Shown piece after piece: positions 29,961 to 40,273 of a DNA stretch of 64,000 nucleotides. Position 1 is the first letter of the stretch; each line of letters opens with the position of its first letter. The notes beneath the pieces are model-generated. The model did no database searches. It had not been told where the DNA came from and saw only the letters and a program-made list of their open reading frames with translations. Position numbers and translations under genes: made by a program. Source of the stretch: Acholeplasmataceae bacterium (GTDB taxonomy: Bacteria; Bacillota_I; Bacilli_A; Acholeplasmatales; Acholeplasmataceae); the NCBI GenBank assembly GCA_963675245.1, contig OY775910.1, positions 1,344,001 through 1,408,000 of the forward strand, written 5' to 3'.

Positions 29961-30893
29961 ATGAAAAATTTTGCAGAAATGTTAGGGATTAAATATCCAG
30001 TTATTCAAGGTGGCATGGCGAATATTGCAACCGCTGAATTAGCGTCAGCAGTATCAAATGCTGGTGGCTTAGGTTTAATTGGTGCAGGTGGTTATGATGC
30101 AGAATGGGTCAGGAATGAAATTAGAAAATGTAATCAATTAACAGATAAACCATTTGGCGTTAATATTATGCTGATGAGCCCTCATGCTGCTGATATAGCG
30201 AAAGTCGTTGTTGAAGAAGGCGTTAAAATCATCACAACTGGTGCGGGTTCTCCCGGTATTTTTATGGATGAATGGAAGAAAAACGGTATTACTGTTATTC
30301 CTGTTGTTCCATCTGCTGCACTTGCTAAACGCATGGAACGTATGGGTGCGGATGCCGTTGTTTGTGAAGGCACAGAAGCAGGTGGTCATATTGGTGAACT
30401 AACAACGATGGCAATGGTACCTCAAGTGGTAGATGCTGTAAATATCCCAGTGATTGCTGCTGGTGGTATTGCTGATAAAAGAGGTGTCTTAGCAGCATTT
30501 GCTTTAGGAGCAAAAGGTGTGCAAATTGGGACAGTCTTATTAGCAACTAAAGAATGTCCAGTTCATGAAAACTATAAACATATGGTCGTTAAAGCAAAAG
30601 ATACAGATACAGTCGTGACTGGAAGACAGACAAAAGCTCCTGTGCGTGTGATTAAAAATATGATGTCAACTGAATATTTATCAATGAGTTTACAAGGTGT
30701 TGATATCATGGAATTAGAGAAACTTACGCTTGGTTCACTAAGGCGTGCAGTATTTGAAGGTGATGTTGAGCGTGGTTCATTTATGGCAGGCCAATCTGCA
30801 GGTTTAGTTCACAGTATTAGAACAGTCAAAGAAGTATTATCAGATTTATTTGATTCTGTGAATGAATATAAAGATCAATTGGAAGTGATGTAA
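29961..30893 (+). CDS. fabK: Enoyl-ACP reductase FabK (FMN)
   Basis: IQGGMA, EAGGHIG, AAGGIAD; position in fab operon. Confidence 0.93.
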   Translation: MKNFAEMLGIKYPVIQGGMANIATAELASAVSNAGGLGLIGAGGYDAEWVRNEIRKCNQLTDKPFGVNIMLMSPHAADIAKVVVEEGVKIITTGAGSPGIFMDEWKKNGITVIPVVPSAALAKRMERMGADAVVCEGTEAGGHIGELTTMAMVPQVVDAVNIPVIAAGGIADKRGVLAAFALGAKGVQIGTVLLATKECPVHENYKHMVVKAKDTDTVVTGRQTKAPVRVIKNMMSTEYLSMSLQGVDIMELEKLTLGSLRRAVFEGDVERGSFMAGQSAGLVHSIRTVKEVLSDLFDSVNEYKDQLEVM

Positions 30894-31807
30894 TGCATAA
30901 ACTCGCTTTAATTTTTTCCGGTCAAGGTAGTCATTATGTCGGCATGGGATTAGATTATAAATCGAATTTATTTAGACAAGCACATGATATATTAGGATAT
31001 TGTCCCAAAGATGTCCTTGCAGATCAAGAAAAACTGGATCAAACATTATATGCACAACCTTTAATTGTTTTAAAGTCAATTATAGGATTTGAAACCATTA
31101 AAGATTTGGTTAAATTTGATGGTGTTTTAGGATTTAGTCTAGGTGAATATAGTGCATTATACGCAGCTGGTGTATTTCATTTTACTGATTTAATGAAACT
31201 TGTTTCTGTGAGAGCAAACTTGATGCAAGAAGCAACCCTTTTAAATCCAGGTGCGATGGCTGCAGTGATTGGTATAGAAGAAAGTGTTATTCAAGATGTA
31301 TGTGATACACTTCACCAAAATGTCATCATTGCCAATTACAATAGTCCTAGTCAATATGTTATCTCAGGAGATGACAAAGAAGTCGATAAAGCGATTGACT
31401 TGTTAAAAGAAAAAGGAGCGAGACGTGTAGTTAAACTCAATGTATCGGGCGCATTTCATTCTCATTTAATGGCACCAGTAAGCGATAAATTCAGTCATGA
31501 ACTAGAAGCGTTTGAAGCATTGAAACCACAGGTACCTGTTTATATGAATAAAACAGCACTACCTTTGGAAAAAGATCATTTAAAATATTTAATGGCTGCA
31601 CAAATAAGTCATCCTGTACAGTTTATTAAATCGATTGAAAACATGAAAAAAGATGGATTTACGCACTTTTTAGAAATTGGTCCTGGAAAAACACTAAGTG
31701 CATTTGTGAAAAAAATTGATCGTGATTTAGAGGTCATGAATTTTGATACATTCGAACAATTAGAAGATGTGAAAGGATGGTTAAAAAATCATGGATTTAC
31801 AAAATAA
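30893..31807 (+). CDS. fabD: Malonyl-CoA:ACP transacylase
   Basis: FSGQGS, GFSLGEY, SGAFHS. Confidence 0.95.
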   Translation: MHKLALIFSGQGSHYVGMGLDYKSNLFRQAHDILGYCPKDVLADQEKLDQTLYAQPLIVLKSIIGFETIKDLVKFDGVLGFSLGEYSALYAAGVFHFTDLMKLVSVRANLMQEATLLNPGAMAAVIGIEESVIQDVCDTLHQNVIIANYNSPSQYVISGDDKEVDKAIDLLKEKGARRVVKLNVSGAFHSHLMAPVSDKFSHELEAFEALKPQVPVYMNKTALPLEKDHLKYLMAAQISHPVQFIKSIENMKKDGFTHFLEIGPGKTLSAFVKKIDRDLEVMNFDTFEQLEDVKGWLKNHGFTK

Positions 31808-32534
31808 AGTTGCCCTAGTTACGGGTGGTGCTTCTGGGATAGGAGAAGCGATTACGCGTGTGTTAGCAAGCCATCATGCAGCTGTGGTGATTAATTATAA
31901 TCATAGTGCTGGCAAAGCAGAAAAGTTAGTTGAAGAAATTGTGAATAATGGTGGTAAAGCCATTGCTGTTCAAGCAGATATTTCCAATGCTGAAGATGCA
32001 AAGCGTTTAGTTGATGAAGCGGTTAAGACTTTTGGTGGTTTGGATATTGTAGTAAATAATGCAGGTATCACAGATGATGCATTAATTTTAAGAATGTCTG
32101 AAGATCAATTCAATCGCGTGATTGATACTGATCTAAAAGGCGTTTGGCATGTCTGTAAATATGCAGCAAGACCACTTTTAAAATCGACATCTGGTCGATT
32201 AATTAACATCACAAGTGTGTCAGGTATGACAGGTAATGTTGGTCAATCTAATTATAGTGCTGCTAAAGCAGGTGTGATTGGATTAACTAAAACATTAGCG
32301 AGAGAATTTGCCAGTAGATATGTCACAGTGAATGCAGTAGCGCCAGGTTTCATTGATACAAACATGACAAGTAAACTAAGTGAAGATGTGGTTCATGCGT
32401 TCATGGAAACAATCCCACTTAAACGCTTTGGGAAACCAGAAGAAGTAGCTCATGCAGTTTTATTTTTAGCGAGTGATGAAGCGGCGTATATTACTGGACA
32501 AGTATTATCTGTAAATGGAGGCATGGTGATATAA
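31791..32534 (+). CDS. fabG: 3-oxoacyl-ACP reductase
   Basis: TGGASGIG, NNAG, YSAAK. Confidence 0.95.
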   Translation: MDLQNKVALVTGGASGIGEAITRVLASHHAAVVINYNHSAGKAEKLVEEIVNNGGKAIAVQADISNAEDAKRLVDEAVKTFGGLDIVVNNAGITDDALILRMSEDQFNRVIDTDLKGVWHVCKYAARPLLKSTSGRLINITSVSGMTGNVGQSNYSAAKAGVIGLTKTLAREFASRYVTVNAVAPGFIDTNMTSKLSEDVVHAFMETIPLKRFGKPEEVAHAVLFLASDEAAYITGQVLSVNGGMVI

Positions 32535-33779
32535 ATGGAAAAAGAACGTGTTGTGATTACTGGTATGGGACTTGTCAGTCCTGTTGGATTATCAGTGGAA
32601 GAATCATTTAATAATATGTTAAAAGGTGTTAATGGTATTGACTATATAACACTCTATAATACCGACAATTGGAAGGTAACGATTGCTGGTGAAGTTAAAA
32701 ATATTGATTTTGATCATTATTTAGACAAAAAAGAGTCAAAGCGTAATGACCGTGTGACTAATTTAGCATTAGTTGCTGCACAGGAAGCATGGGCACAATC
32801 TAAACTTGAGGGTGTTAAATTAGATCCTTATCGTTTTGGTATGTTGGTTGGTTCTGGTATAGGTGGTCTAAATACGATATTCGAAGAAACGAAAAAGAGT
32901 GTCACACGTGATCCTTCACGTATATCACCTTTTTTCATTCCTAATGCGATTATTAATATGGTTGGTGCAAAACTGGGTATGATTTATCAAGCAAAAGGAC
33001 CTAATCTTCCACAAGTTACCGCATGTAGTGCTGCTACAAATTCGCTTGGTGAAGGTTATCGATACATTAAAGATGGTTATTTGGATGTCGTGATGTCTGG
33101 TGGATCAGAATCACCAATCAATGAAATTGGTGTCGGTGGATTTGCGAGTCTTCGTGCACTAGAACCATCAAATGATCCAACACGTGCAAGCCGTCCATTT
33201 GATTTAACGCGTAATGGATTTGTGATTGCAGAAGGTGCTGGTATTTTCATCTTAGAATCATATACACACGCTAAAAAACGTGGTGCGAAAATTCTAGCAG
33301 AAATCGTTGGCTATGGAACAACAGCTGATGCATTTCATATGACCGCACCAGATGAAGAAGCAAATGGTATCACAAGGGCTTTACAAGATGCCTTAAAAGA
33401 TGCTAACATAGAACCTGAAGAAGTTGGCTACATTAATGCACACGGTACGTCAACAACATTAAACGATAAATTGGAAACTTTGGGGATAAAAAGAGCATTT
33501 GGTAAGCATGCTTATGATTTAAACATAAGCAGTACTAAATCGATGACTGGTCATGCACTAGGTGCGTCTGGTGCTATTGAATCGGTTTCCGTGATCAAAG
33601 CATTAGAAACATCAATGATACCACCAACGATTAATTATGAAACCCCTGATCCTGATTGTGATCTAAACTACACTGTTAATAAAGCGGTTAAGAGAGATAT
33701 GACTTACGCAATGAACGTTAATGTTGGATTTGGTGGACAAAATGCGGTGGTCATATTTAAACGAGGAGAAGATGTATGA
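32535..33779 (+). CDS. fabF: 3-oxoacyl-ACP synthase II
   Basis: TACS, NAHGTST, KSMTGHALGA, GFGG. Confidence 0.96.
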   Translation: MEKERVVITGMGLVSPVGLSVEESFNNMLKGVNGIDYITLYNTDNWKVTIAGEVKNIDFDHYLDKKESKRNDRVTNLALVAAQEAWAQSKLEGVKLDPYRFGMLVGSGIGGLNTIFEETKKSVTRDPSRISPFFIPNAIINMVGAKLGMIYQAKGPNLPQVTACSAATNSLGEGYRYIKDGYLDVVMSGGSESPINEIGVGGFASLRALEPSNDPTRASRPFDLTRNGFVIAEGAGIFILESYTHAKKRGAKILAEIVGYGTTADAFHMTAPDEEANGITRALQDALKDANIEPEEVGYINAHGTSTTLNDKLETLGIKRAFGKHAYDLNISSTKSMTGHALGASGAIESVSVIKALETSMIPPTINYETPDPDCDLNYTVNKAVKRDMTYAMNVNVGFGGQNAVVIFKRGEDV

Positions 33780-34195
33780 CAAGAAAAGAAATAGAAGCAA
33801 TCATACCACATAGAGATCCGTTTTTATTACTTGATGAAATCGTTGATTTTGAATCAATGAAACATGGAACTGGTATTAAACATGTCAAGGTTGATGAAGA
33901 CTACTTTAGAGGTCATTTTCCTGAAAAACCTGTGATGCCAGGTGTATTAATTGTCGAAGCACTTGCTCAAACTGGTGCGGTCGTGATTTTATCGAATCCA
34001 GATTTTAAAGGAAAAATTGCTTATTTTACAGGTTTAAAGAGTGTGAAATGGCGTAAAAGTGTCTTTCCAGGCGATACGTTAGAGTTAAATGTCGAAATTA
34101 CTAAAGTACGTGGTTCATTTGGGTTTGGTTCAGGTAGAGCATACGTAGGTGAAGATTTAGTTTGTGAAGCTGAGCTTAGTTTTGCTATTAACTAA
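33776..34195 (+). CDS. fabZ: 3-hydroxyacyl-ACP dehydratase
   Basis: IPHRDPFLLLD, GHFP..PVMPGVLIVEALAQ. Confidence 0.96.
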   Translation: MTRKEIEAIIPHRDPFLLLDEIVDFESMKHGTGIKHVKVDEDYFRGHFPEKPVMPGVLIVEALAQTGAVVILSNPDFKGKIAYFTGLKSVKWRKSVFPGDTLELNVEITKVRGSFGFGSGRAYVGEDLVCEAELSFAIN

Positions 34196-34710
34196 TGTTT
34201 ACATTATTAGAATTTGATGATGTTGACTCAACGTCATCAATATTAAAAGAACACTATAGCTCATTTCCACATTTTACAGTTATTCGTACAAATTATCAAA
34301 AATTTGGCCGTGGTCAATTTGATCGTGTTTGGGATGCTGAAGCTGGCAAAAACGTATTAATGTCTTTACTTTTAAAAGATATTCATATCAATACGATTAA
34401 CAACATTAAAAACCAAACGGTTGCTGTTTTAATGCATGTTCTGAAAACATATGGTATTAAAGCGACATTTAAAGCACCTAATGATTTATACGTGGGTCAT
34501 GAGAAAATTTGTGGTATTTTGATTGAAACAAAAGCCAATCATAATCAATTAGATTATGCCGTTATTGGTATTGGATTAAATGTCAATCAAAAAAAATTTG
34601 GTAATTATAAGGCAACCTCAATGTCAAATATTTTGAATAAAGTATTGGATTTGAAAGTCGTATTTTATGATATATTTATCGGACTTGAAAAAACATTTAA
34701 AGAGGATTAA
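34195..34710 (+). CDS. birA: Biotin-protein ligase, minimal (no N-terminal HTH)
   Basis: DST, Q..GRGQFDRVW, KAPND, KICGILIE, GIGLNV. Confidence 0.9.
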   Translation: MFTLLEFDDVDSTSSILKEHYSSFPHFTVIRTNYQKFGRGQFDRVWDAEAGKNVLMSLLLKDIHINTINNIKNQTVAVLMHVLKTYGIKATFKAPNDLYVGHEKICGILIETKANHNQLDYAVIGIGLNVNQKKFGNYKATSMSNILNKVLDLKVVFYDIFIGLEKTFKED

Positions 34711-34712
34711 AA

Positions 34713-35600
34713 ATGACTAAAAAAACACAATCGTTACTTATTGTATTTACACTTTATGCGTTAGGTGCTGTCTTAGCAGCATTCACTTTCTTCATGTTAC
34801 CGTTTAGTACGGTAATATCACTTTTGATTGCTGATGTTGTTTACACGTTATTCATTTATGTGTTCAGTCTAATCTTGAAGAATGCAAGTCTATATGACCC
34901 TTACTGGAGTGTTATACCACCTGTATTATTGATATTTGTCGCAGTACAAGTCGGTCAACCTGTGTCAATGGGTGTCATTTTCATGTTATTTGGATTATCA
35001 TTCTGGTCAATCAGATTAACGTATAACTGGATAAAGCATTGGACTGATTTTACGTATTTGGATTGGCGTTATAAAAACTTTCAAGAGGCTAATCCTAAGT
35101 TATATTGGTTATCAAATTTATTTGCGATTCAACTTACACCAACATTGATTGTATTTGCACAAATCGCACTTGGTGTTTATGTAATTGAAGCAAATCCGGC
35201 ATTAAACCTTTTAACGGTTATCGGGACGTTGATGATGATTGTTGCTGCTGTGATTCAATTTATTGCTGATGCACAAATGGATGCTTTCAAAGAAGCAAAT
35301 CAAGGCACAAAGGCATGTATTGATGATGGATTGTGGCGGTACTCAAGACATCCTAACTATTTAGGTGAAGTCACTGTTTGGTGGGGATTATATTTAATCT
35401 ATTATTCAGTTGAAGGCTTTAATCCTTGGATGATATCACCACTCATTATGACGGCATTATTCCTGTTTATTAGTATTCCGATGATGGAAAAGAAAATATT
35501 GAAAACCAGACCTGAATATAAAGCGTATCAAGATCAAGTTTCCATGTTCTTTTTCTGGCCAAGAAAACAAGTCGAAGAGCAAATGGAAGAAACAGATTGA
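34713..35600 (+). CDS. DUF1295 / steroid 5-alpha-reductase-like membrane protein
   Basis: DWRY, ADAQM, GLWRYSRHPNYLGE. Confidence 0.88.
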   Translation: MTKKTQSLLIVFTLYALGAVLAAFTFFMLPFSTVISLLIADVVYTLFIYVFSLILKNASLYDPYWSVIPPVLLIFVAVQVGQPVSMGVIFMLFGLSFWSIRLTYNWIKHWTDFTYLDWRYKNFQEANPKLYWLSNLFAIQLTPTLIVFAQIALGVYVIEANPALNLLTVIGTLMMIVAAVIQFIADAQMDAFKEANQGTKACIDDGLWRYSRHPNYLGEVTVWWGLYLIYYSVEGFNPWMISPLIMTALFLFISIPMMEKKILKTRPEYKAYQDQVSMFFFWPRKQVEEQMEETD

Positions 35601-35629
35601 CACTTTCGAATTATTTGCTATAATAGACG

Positions 35630-35714
35630 AAGGGAATGACTGTCTCCCTTAGCGAAAGCTAAAACCGCAAAAGCGCTGATGACATCTACAACAATTTTTG
35701 TTGTAGATTTTTTT
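35630..35714 (+). promoter_or_regulatory. Fluoride riboswitch (crcB motif) with overlapping intrinsic terminator
   Basis: GGGAATGA-CTGTC-TCCC..AAACCGC..GCTGATGACATCTAC matches the crcB consensus with TGTC/GACA pseudoknot; terminator ATCTACAACA/TGTTGTAGAT plus T-run; promoter TTGACA 35597, TATAAT 35619. Confidence 0.88.
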
Positions 35715-35722
35715 ATAGGAGA

Positions 35723-36928
35723 ATGAATATGTTACTATCTATTGCTTTAATCATCTTAATCAGCCTAAGTCTGGCAACCATTTTTGAAAAGTTAAAATTG
35801 CCAGGTATTTTAGGGATGTTACTATCAGGTGTTCTATTAGGTCCATTTGTGTTTAACCTCATAGATCCAGCGATTTTAGGCATTTCAGGAGATTTAAGGG
35901 AGATTGCTTTAATTGTGATATTGATTAGGGCAGGTCTATCACTTGATTTAAAGGATTTAAGAGAAGTAGGAAGACCTGCGATTTTCTTATCGTTTTTGCC
36001 TGCGACGATTGAAATATTGGCGATTACGTTTATCGCACCACTCTTTTTTGATATTTCTTATTTGACGGCTATGACAATGGGAGCTATTGTAGCAGCTGTA
36101 TCGCCAGCTATTGTCGTACCAAGAATGATCAAATTAATTGAGAAGAAATACGGGAAAGATCATAAAGTACCACAGATGATTTTGGCAGGTGCGTCGATTG
36201 ATGACATATATGCGATTATTATATTCACCGTAGGTATCAATTTAAGTAAAGGTCAAGATTTTAGTTTTCTAACGATATTAAATATACCGTTATCCATTTT
36301 ATTAGGTGCTTTATTAGGTATTAGTGTTGGTTTGGGTTTGGTTTGGTTCTTTAAGACATTTCATTTACGGGATACTGTAAAAGTGATGTTAATATTTGCA
36401 TTCGGCTTTCTATTTATTACGCTTGAGGATCTAGTTCAACCATGGATTGCTGTATCAGGACTACTTGCTGTGATGGCAATTGCAATGACGATCAATCAAA
36501 GACATAATCTTTTATCTAATCGCCTTATAAAGAAGTTTGAAAAGATTTGGGTTACAGCAGAAATTATGCTATTTGTTTTAGTCGGTGCCTTAGTTGACAT
36601 CACGGTATTAGTTGATGCAGGGTTGTTCTCTGTACTATTAATAGTGGTAGCTTTAATGTTTAGAATGTTTGCTGCATATTTATCAACGATAAAAACGAAT
36701 CTTACAGGTAAAGAAAAATGGTTTACGGTATTATCATATACACCTAAAGCGACAGTTCAAGCAGCGATTGGTGCGATACCTCTAGCTCTAGGATTACCTC
36801 ATGGTGATTTGATTTTACTTGTTTCGGTACTTGCTATTGTCATTACTGCGCCATTTGGTGCGATTATGATGGATAGGACCTATAAACACTTACTTGTGCA
36901 AGAAATAGATGAGAATGAGGCAATTTAA
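35723..36928 (+). CDS. Cation:proton antiporter (CPA family)
   Basis: 12-13 TMs, AVSPAIVVP, ASIDD, PKATVQAA. Confidence 0.92.
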   Translation: MNMLLSIALIILISLSLATIFEKLKLPGILGMLLSGVLLGPFVFNLIDPAILGISGDLREIALIVILIRAGLSLDLKDLREVGRPAIFLSFLPATIEILAITFIAPLFFDISYLTAMTMGAIVAAVSPAIVVPRMIKLIEKKYGKDHKVPQMILAGASIDDIYAIIIFTVGINLSKGQDFSFLTILNIPLSILLGALLGISVGLGLVWFFKTFHLRDTVKVMLIFAFGFLFITLEDLVQPWIAVSGLLAVMAIAMTINQRHNLLSNRLIKKFEKIWVTAEIMLFVLVGALVDITVLVDAGLFSVLLIVVALMFRMFAAYLSTIKTNLTGKEKWFTVLSYTPKATVQAAIGAIPLALGLPHGDLILLVSVLAIVITAPFGAIMMDRTYKHLLVQEIDENEAI

Positions 36929-37049
36929 GGTAAAATAGTAGTTAGATAGCCTTAAGGCTATTTGGGAAAAGATAAAAATAATGTTAAAATAGTGTCAACA
37001 TAGATTTAAAAAGTTAGGCTTGAATTGAAAAGCATACAAGGAGAAATTT

Positions 37050-37469
37050 ATGAAACGCAACAAGTTTGTCGTCATTGGATCAGGAAGATTAGGATCGAAT
37101 ATCGCGACTAAAATGTCAGAACAAGGTGAAGACGTTATTATTATTGATGCGACGGATGATTCTTTTAGAAAATTACAAGAATCCTTTTCAGGTTATCAAG
37201 TTGTTGGTGATGCAACAGATTTATCTGTTTTAGATAATGCGTTTATTAAGCAAGCTAAAGCAACCGTCATCACGACAGATAACGATAATGTCAATATCTT
37301 CTTAGCACATGTTTGTTATTACGTTTATAATGTACCAAAAATTGTTGTTCGCTTAGCAGATACAGATAAAGGTAAATTATTAGAAGGTACGAATATTAAA
37401 GCTATCTATCCGTTTAATTTATCATTATCAGAATTTGATGATTTAAATGAAAGCGAGGAAGAACTATGA
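37050..37469 (+). CDS. TrkA-family protein, RCK_N domain only
   Basis: IGSGRLG, GDATD, 139 aa. Confidence 0.88.
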   Translation: MKRNKFVVIGSGRLGSNIATKMSEQGEDVIIIDATDDSFRKLQESFSGYQVVGDATDLSVLDNAFIKQAKATVITTDNDNVNIFLAHVCYYVYNVPKIVVRLADTDKGKLLEGTNIKAIYPFNLSLSEFDDLNESEEEL

Positions 37470-38125
37470 AAATCGTTCTAACAGGTGGTAAACACGAGTC
37501 AGATTATATTATTTCATTGCTAAAGAAAAAGCATAATCTCATCGTGATTAACCAAGATCCTTCATTTGCTGAATATATTTCATCACATAATGATATTGAT
37601 GTCTTTCCAGGAGACCCTACAAAGGCGTATACACTTTCAGATGCAGATGCTAAAAATGCGGATGTTTTCTTAGCATTATCAGATAATGATACGGATAATT
37701 ATATCGCTTGTATTACTGCAAAAAGATTATTTAATATTAAACGAACGGTTGCGAAAGTTAAAAATCCTAAAAACGTTGAACTCTTTAAACGTTTGGGTGT
37801 GGACTCTGTAATCAGTTCTACGTATTTACTTGCACAGACCATTTTAAATGAATCTTCAATTGAAAATATCATTAAGACATTATCTATAGAAGATGAAAAG
37901 ATTGTGATGCTTGAATTAGGTATTGAAGCTGATTATCAACTCGTTGATAAAAAGATTATGGATATTCAATTTCCAAAACGCGTTAATATTAGTTGTATTT
38001 TCCGTGATCCTCATGTCATTATTCCTGATGGATCTACTGTCATTCAACCAGATGATAAGTTAATTCTTGTAACAACACCAGATCATCAAGATGAACTGGT
38101 CGACTTCGTACAACGGAAAAGGTAA
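37466..38125 (+). CDS. trkA: TrkA-family potassium uptake regulatory subunit (RCK_N + RCK_C)
   Basis: GDPT, D.DN..AC..AK, LGVD.VIS, IPDG.T.IQPDD. Confidence 0.88.
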   Translation: MKIVLTGGKHESDYIISLLKKKHNLIVINQDPSFAEYISSHNDIDVFPGDPTKAYTLSDADAKNADVFLALSDNDTDNYIACITAKRLFNIKRTVAKVKNPKNVELFKRLGVDSVISSTYLLAQTILNESSIENIIKTLSIEDEKIVMLELGIEADYQLVDKKIMDIQFPKRVNISCIFRDPHVIIPDGSTVIQPDDKLILVTTPDHQDELVDFVQRKR

Positions 38126-38128
38126 ATA

Positions 38129-39616
38129 ATGGATAAAAAGATTACATCAGGATATCCACTTATTTTCAATTATCTTGGGATATTCGCTATTTTAATTGGT
38201 ATTATTAATGCCTTGCCATTGGCGGTTATTTTATTCTATCCGGATGAAGTAACCTATTTATGGCACTTTTTAGCGCCATCTTTAATGACGATTTTTATTG
38301 GACTAGTCATCATATTAATCTTTAAAGGTAGAGAAAAAGGACGTTTAGAGCGTTCTCAAGATGCAATCTTGGTTGTCTCTATTTGGATTATGGGGATTTT
38401 GACATCCGCAGTACCTTTTATGTTAACTGGTACATATAATTTTACACAAAGTGTATTTGAAACAACGTCAGGATATTCTACGACTGGTTTAACGGTCGTT
38501 GATGTGACACAAACAGCACATATATTCTTATTCTTTAGAAGTATGTTACAACTTGTTGGTGGGGTTGGGTTAGTCTTGGTATTAACATCAGCTATTTCTG
38601 ATAAGTTTGGTATGAGACTTTATAGTGCTGAAGGACATAGTGATAAACTGGTTCCTAACTTAATTAAATCTGGACGTATCATCATGTCAATATATTTAGG
38701 GTATATTGCAATAGGTGCAATATTTCTTGTGATATTTGGTATGAATGTCTTTGATGCAATAAACCATTCCATTTGTGCAGTCGCAACCGGTGGTTTCTCA
38801 ACACAAGCAGGTTCTATTGGCGCTTATAATAGTGTTGGTATTGAAACTACGATTATTGTCTTAATGATTTTAGGTGGTACCAATTTCTTCGTCCACTTGA
38901 TGTTATTAAGAGGTAAGCTAAAGAATGTCTTTGGACATGTTGAAATCAAATTATTAGGATTATTACTGATTATCTTTATCCCTCTCATGACCATTAACTT
39001 TATTACTTCTAATGGTGCAGGATTTGGTGAATCATTAAGAATTTCAACCTTCCAGTTTGTCTCAGCAGTGACAGGTACTGGTTATCAAACTGTTGCAGGG
39101 TTCGCACCTGTATCAACAGTCATACCGGTTTTCTCGTTAAGTGTGATTATACTTGTGATGGTTTTAGGTGCAGGTTTAGGCTCAACAGCTGGTGGTATGA
39201 AACAATATCGTGTCGCATTAGCATTTAAGAGTTTATGGTGGCATATTAAGGAACAAACTACCCATCATAAGACGATAAGAACGAGGTTTATATCTAAATT
39301 GGGTACACAGACAGTCGTTCAAAAAGAAGATATTAACCAGAACTATGCATTCTTAATGGTCTATATTCTAGTACTCGTTGCAGGAACATTTGTATTTACT
39401 GCGTATGGATATTCACTCATGGAATCACTTTTTGAATTCTCTAGTGCATTAGGTACCGTTGGACTTTCTGTAGGCATTACAGGTTATAATGCACCAGCCG
39501 GTATTCATTGGACATCTATTATTGGTATGTTTATGGGTCGTCTTGAATTCTTTGTCATATTCGTTGCAATCGCAAGAATCGCAACCGATACCAAAAGAAT
39601 TGTAAGTAAACAATAA
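38129..39616 (+). CDS. trkH: TrkH-family potassium uptake membrane subunit
   Basis: SGYSTTG, ATGGFS, GSTAGGMK, SALGTVGLS, GRLE. Confidence 0.95.
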   Translation: MDKKITSGYPLIFNYLGIFAILIGIINALPLAVILFYPDEVTYLWHFLAPSLMTIFIGLVIILIFKGREKGRLERSQDAILVVSIWIMGILTSAVPFMLTGTYNFTQSVFETTSGYSTTGLTVVDVTQTAHIFLFFRSMLQLVGGVGLVLVLTSAISDKFGMRLYSAEGHSDKLVPNLIKSGRIIMSIYLGYIAIGAIFLVIFGMNVFDAINHSICAVATGGFSTQAGSIGAYNSVGIETTIIVLMILGGTNFFVHLMLLRGKLKNVFGHVEIKLLGLLLIIFIPLMTINFITSNGAGFGESLRISTFQFVSAVTGTGYQTVAGFAPVSTVIPVFSLSVIILVMVLGAGLGSTAGGMKQYRVALAFKSLWWHIKEQTTHHKTIRTRFISKLGTQTVVQKEDINQNYAFLMVYILVLVAGTFVFTAYGYSLMESLFEFSSALGTVGLSVGITGYNAPAGIHWTSIIGMFMGRLEFFVIFVAIARIATDTKRIVSKQ

Positions 39617-39749
39617 TAACCGTGAATTAAATCACGGTTTTTTTTTGTGATAAAATATGATTGTAAGTTATCGTTTATTAATGCATCTTATCGAAAAATC
39701 CTTTGATTAGTGTACTTTCTATAGTAAGTTAGGGTTAGGAGGAGTTGGC

Positions 39750-40262
39750 GTGTTCAAAATTATTTGGAACAAGTCTGATTATGAATTACTGACAAAAAGA
39801 ATGAGCGAATCTAAACATTTTAAACTTATCGATGATCCAGATTTAATTGAAGCAGGTAAGATTGGTATTATTTGTGAAGAACAAGAGATGGACCAAATCA
39901 AACCTATTCTAGAACAAATCGAATTCGATAAAGCTTTAATGGTTTTTCCGACCACATCTGGTTGGGTACAGATTCCACTCAATCGTATTCTGTTTATCGA
40001 ATCATTTGGTGAGGAGATTGACATGCATTTGGTTGGTAATCGCACAGAGAAGGTTAAACAACCACTCTATCAGATTGAAGACATGTTAGCAAACTATCGT
40101 TTTGCAAGAATAGCGAAATCGTATATCGTCAATTTAAGAAAAATTAAGTATATTAGTCTAAGTATGAATGCTAAGCTTAATTTAGAGTTGACAGATGATT
40201 CGCATCTTTATGTGTCTCGTGCTTACGCAAAATCCTTCAAAGAAATATTAGGGCTTAAATAG
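39750..40262 (+). CDS. LytTR-domain regulator without receiver domain
   Basis: ILFIES, FARIAKSYIVN, VSRAY. Confidence 0.9.
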   Translation: MFKIIWNKSDYELLTKRMSESKHFKLIDDPDLIEAGKIGIICEEQEMDQIKPILEQIEFDKALMVFPTTSGWVQIPLNRILFIESFGEEIDMHLVGNRTEKVKQPLYQIEDMLANYRFARIAKSYIVNLRKIKYISLSMNAKLNLELTDDSHLYVSRAYAKSFKEILGLK

Positions 40263-40273
40263 GAGGTATCTTT

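Noticed and set aside
37020..37049. c-di-AMP (ydaO) riboswitch upstream of trk genes
   Set aside because: Intergenic region is short and lacks the ydaO consensus
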